A DNA stretch of 63,138 nucleotides, counting the filler, from Octopus bimaculoides (lineage: Eukaryota), in the NCBI RefSeq assembly GCF_001194135.2. It is 4 parts of 3 records of this genome, joined end to end, with 100 filler letters (N's around TTAATTAATTAA, not from the genome) between each part and the next. Parts side by side here need not be neighbours in the genome. Positions count along the whole stretch, not along the records: positions 60,998 to 63,138 come from NW_026425920.1; 3 more parts are not named here. One strand, written 5' to 3'. Shown here piece after piece: positions 61,965-63,138 of the stretch. Each line of letters begins with the position of its first letter. Within the stretch, counting starts at the first letter, position 1. The notes below the pieces were generated by a model. The model made no database searches. It was not told where the DNA came from and saw only the letters and a program-made list of their open reading frames with translations. A program made the translations under genes and the position numbers.

Positions 61965-62488
61965 ATACTACCCAATCTTTATGTGCTATAAGTTCGATAA
62001 GAGGGGAGGGGTGGTATAAGGTCACTAGCAGTGTTCGCGGGAGACAGCTAAGGATTGTAGATGATCTAAGCTTCCGGTTCTGGTGGAGGGGTAGGAGGGT
62101 TTGCATNNNNNNNNNNNNNNNNNNNNNNNNNNNNNNNNNNNNNNNNNNNNNNNNNNNNNNNNNNNNNNNNNNNNNNNNNNNNNNNNNNNNNNNNNNNNNN
62201 NNNNNNNNNNNNNNNNNNNNNNNNNNNNNNNNNNNNNNNNNNNNNNNNNNNNNNNNNNNNNNNNNNNNNNNNNNNNNNNNNNNNNNNNNNNNNNNNNNNN
62301 NNNNNNNNNNNNNNNNNNNNNNNNNNNNNNNNNNNNNNNNNNNNNNNNNNNNNNNNNNNNNNNNNNNNNNNNNNNNNNNNNNNNNNNNNNNNNNNNNNNN
62401 NNNNNNNNNNNNNNNNNNNNNNNNNNNNNNNNNNNNNNNNNNNNNNNNNNNNNNNNNNNNNNNNNNNNNNNNNNNNNNNNNNNNNNNN

Positions 62489-62591
<103 letters not shown>

Positions 62592-62605
62592 ATGTATGTA
62601 TGTAT

Positions 62606-62724
62606 ATCAAAATAAGCAACAAGGATATCCAGAGGTAATGCAGTACAATCGTTTCATGCAACTCCATGTTGCATGAAACAATTGTACTGCATAACCTCTG
62701 GATATCCTTGTTGCTTATTTTGAT
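62606..62724. repeat. Near-perfect fold-back: 57-bp arms (55/57), 5-nt loop
   Basis: Arms 62606-62662 and 62668-62724; mismatches C62650.A62680 and A62637.A62693. Confidence 0.95.
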
Positions 62725-63138
62725 TTTAATCACCTGACTTTGAAATTGTATGGATAATACCGTACTAAATTCTGGTGCCTCAACTTAAGTACTATGCTTG
62801 TTGTATGCTATGCAAAGCTTCTTCACAGTTATTGATTACCAGCTGTCATTATACAGTGGAAGTACTCTTGCTGTTAGATATACATCTGGAATTCCATAAT
62901 ATTTTTAGAGTTTATATAAATAGATAAATGATAGAAAATGGACTAAATGACATAAAATGCAGACATAAAGGAAAAATTTCATTCATGCTATTTACGCACA
63001 CACACATATATATGTAAGTGACAGATATATAGAAATATATCTGTCATACATTATATGTGTATTTCTGCAAAATATTGATAGTTTATCTTGTTCATGCTAT
63101 ATTATTAGCATTATCCTGCATTTGAGAATAAAATTATT

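Overview
AT-rich, microsatellite-dense, gapped draft sequence from an animal genome. The SINE families and repeat landscape point to a cephalopod, most likely Octopus (inference). Two host protein-coding units are supported. One is the first coding exon of an RNF19-family RBR E3 ubiquitin ligase (+, CDS 44538-45334, polyQ directly before RING1, phase-2 GT donor; its downstream exons are not visible). The other is a single-exon ankyrin-repeat gene with Fem-1-like repeats on the - strand (49871-50788/50812), apparently antisense inside the following RNF19 intron. The rest is decayed mobile DNA (several Tc1/mariner families, MITEs with target-site duplications, a Helitron helicase relic, RTE-type LINE pieces, three tRNA-headed SINE types), simple repeats and assembly artefacts (three 44N-TTAATTAATTAA-44N linkers, one gap-flanking duplication). 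The most striking structure not explained by these is a set of long fold-back elements with hammerhead-ribozyme motifs of the Penelope-like type: a nearly complete type I hammerhead on the - strand at 5369-5474 with its own antisense arm, a second decayed one at 10264-10312, and related hairpins at 11667-11804, 22520-22561 and 62606-62724. A CpG-decay domain (about 31.4-48.9 kb) marks the probable methylated RNF19 gene body and ends at a scaffold linker, so the nesting of the ankyrin gene needs independent confirmation. All alignments and folds were done by eye; no database search was run.
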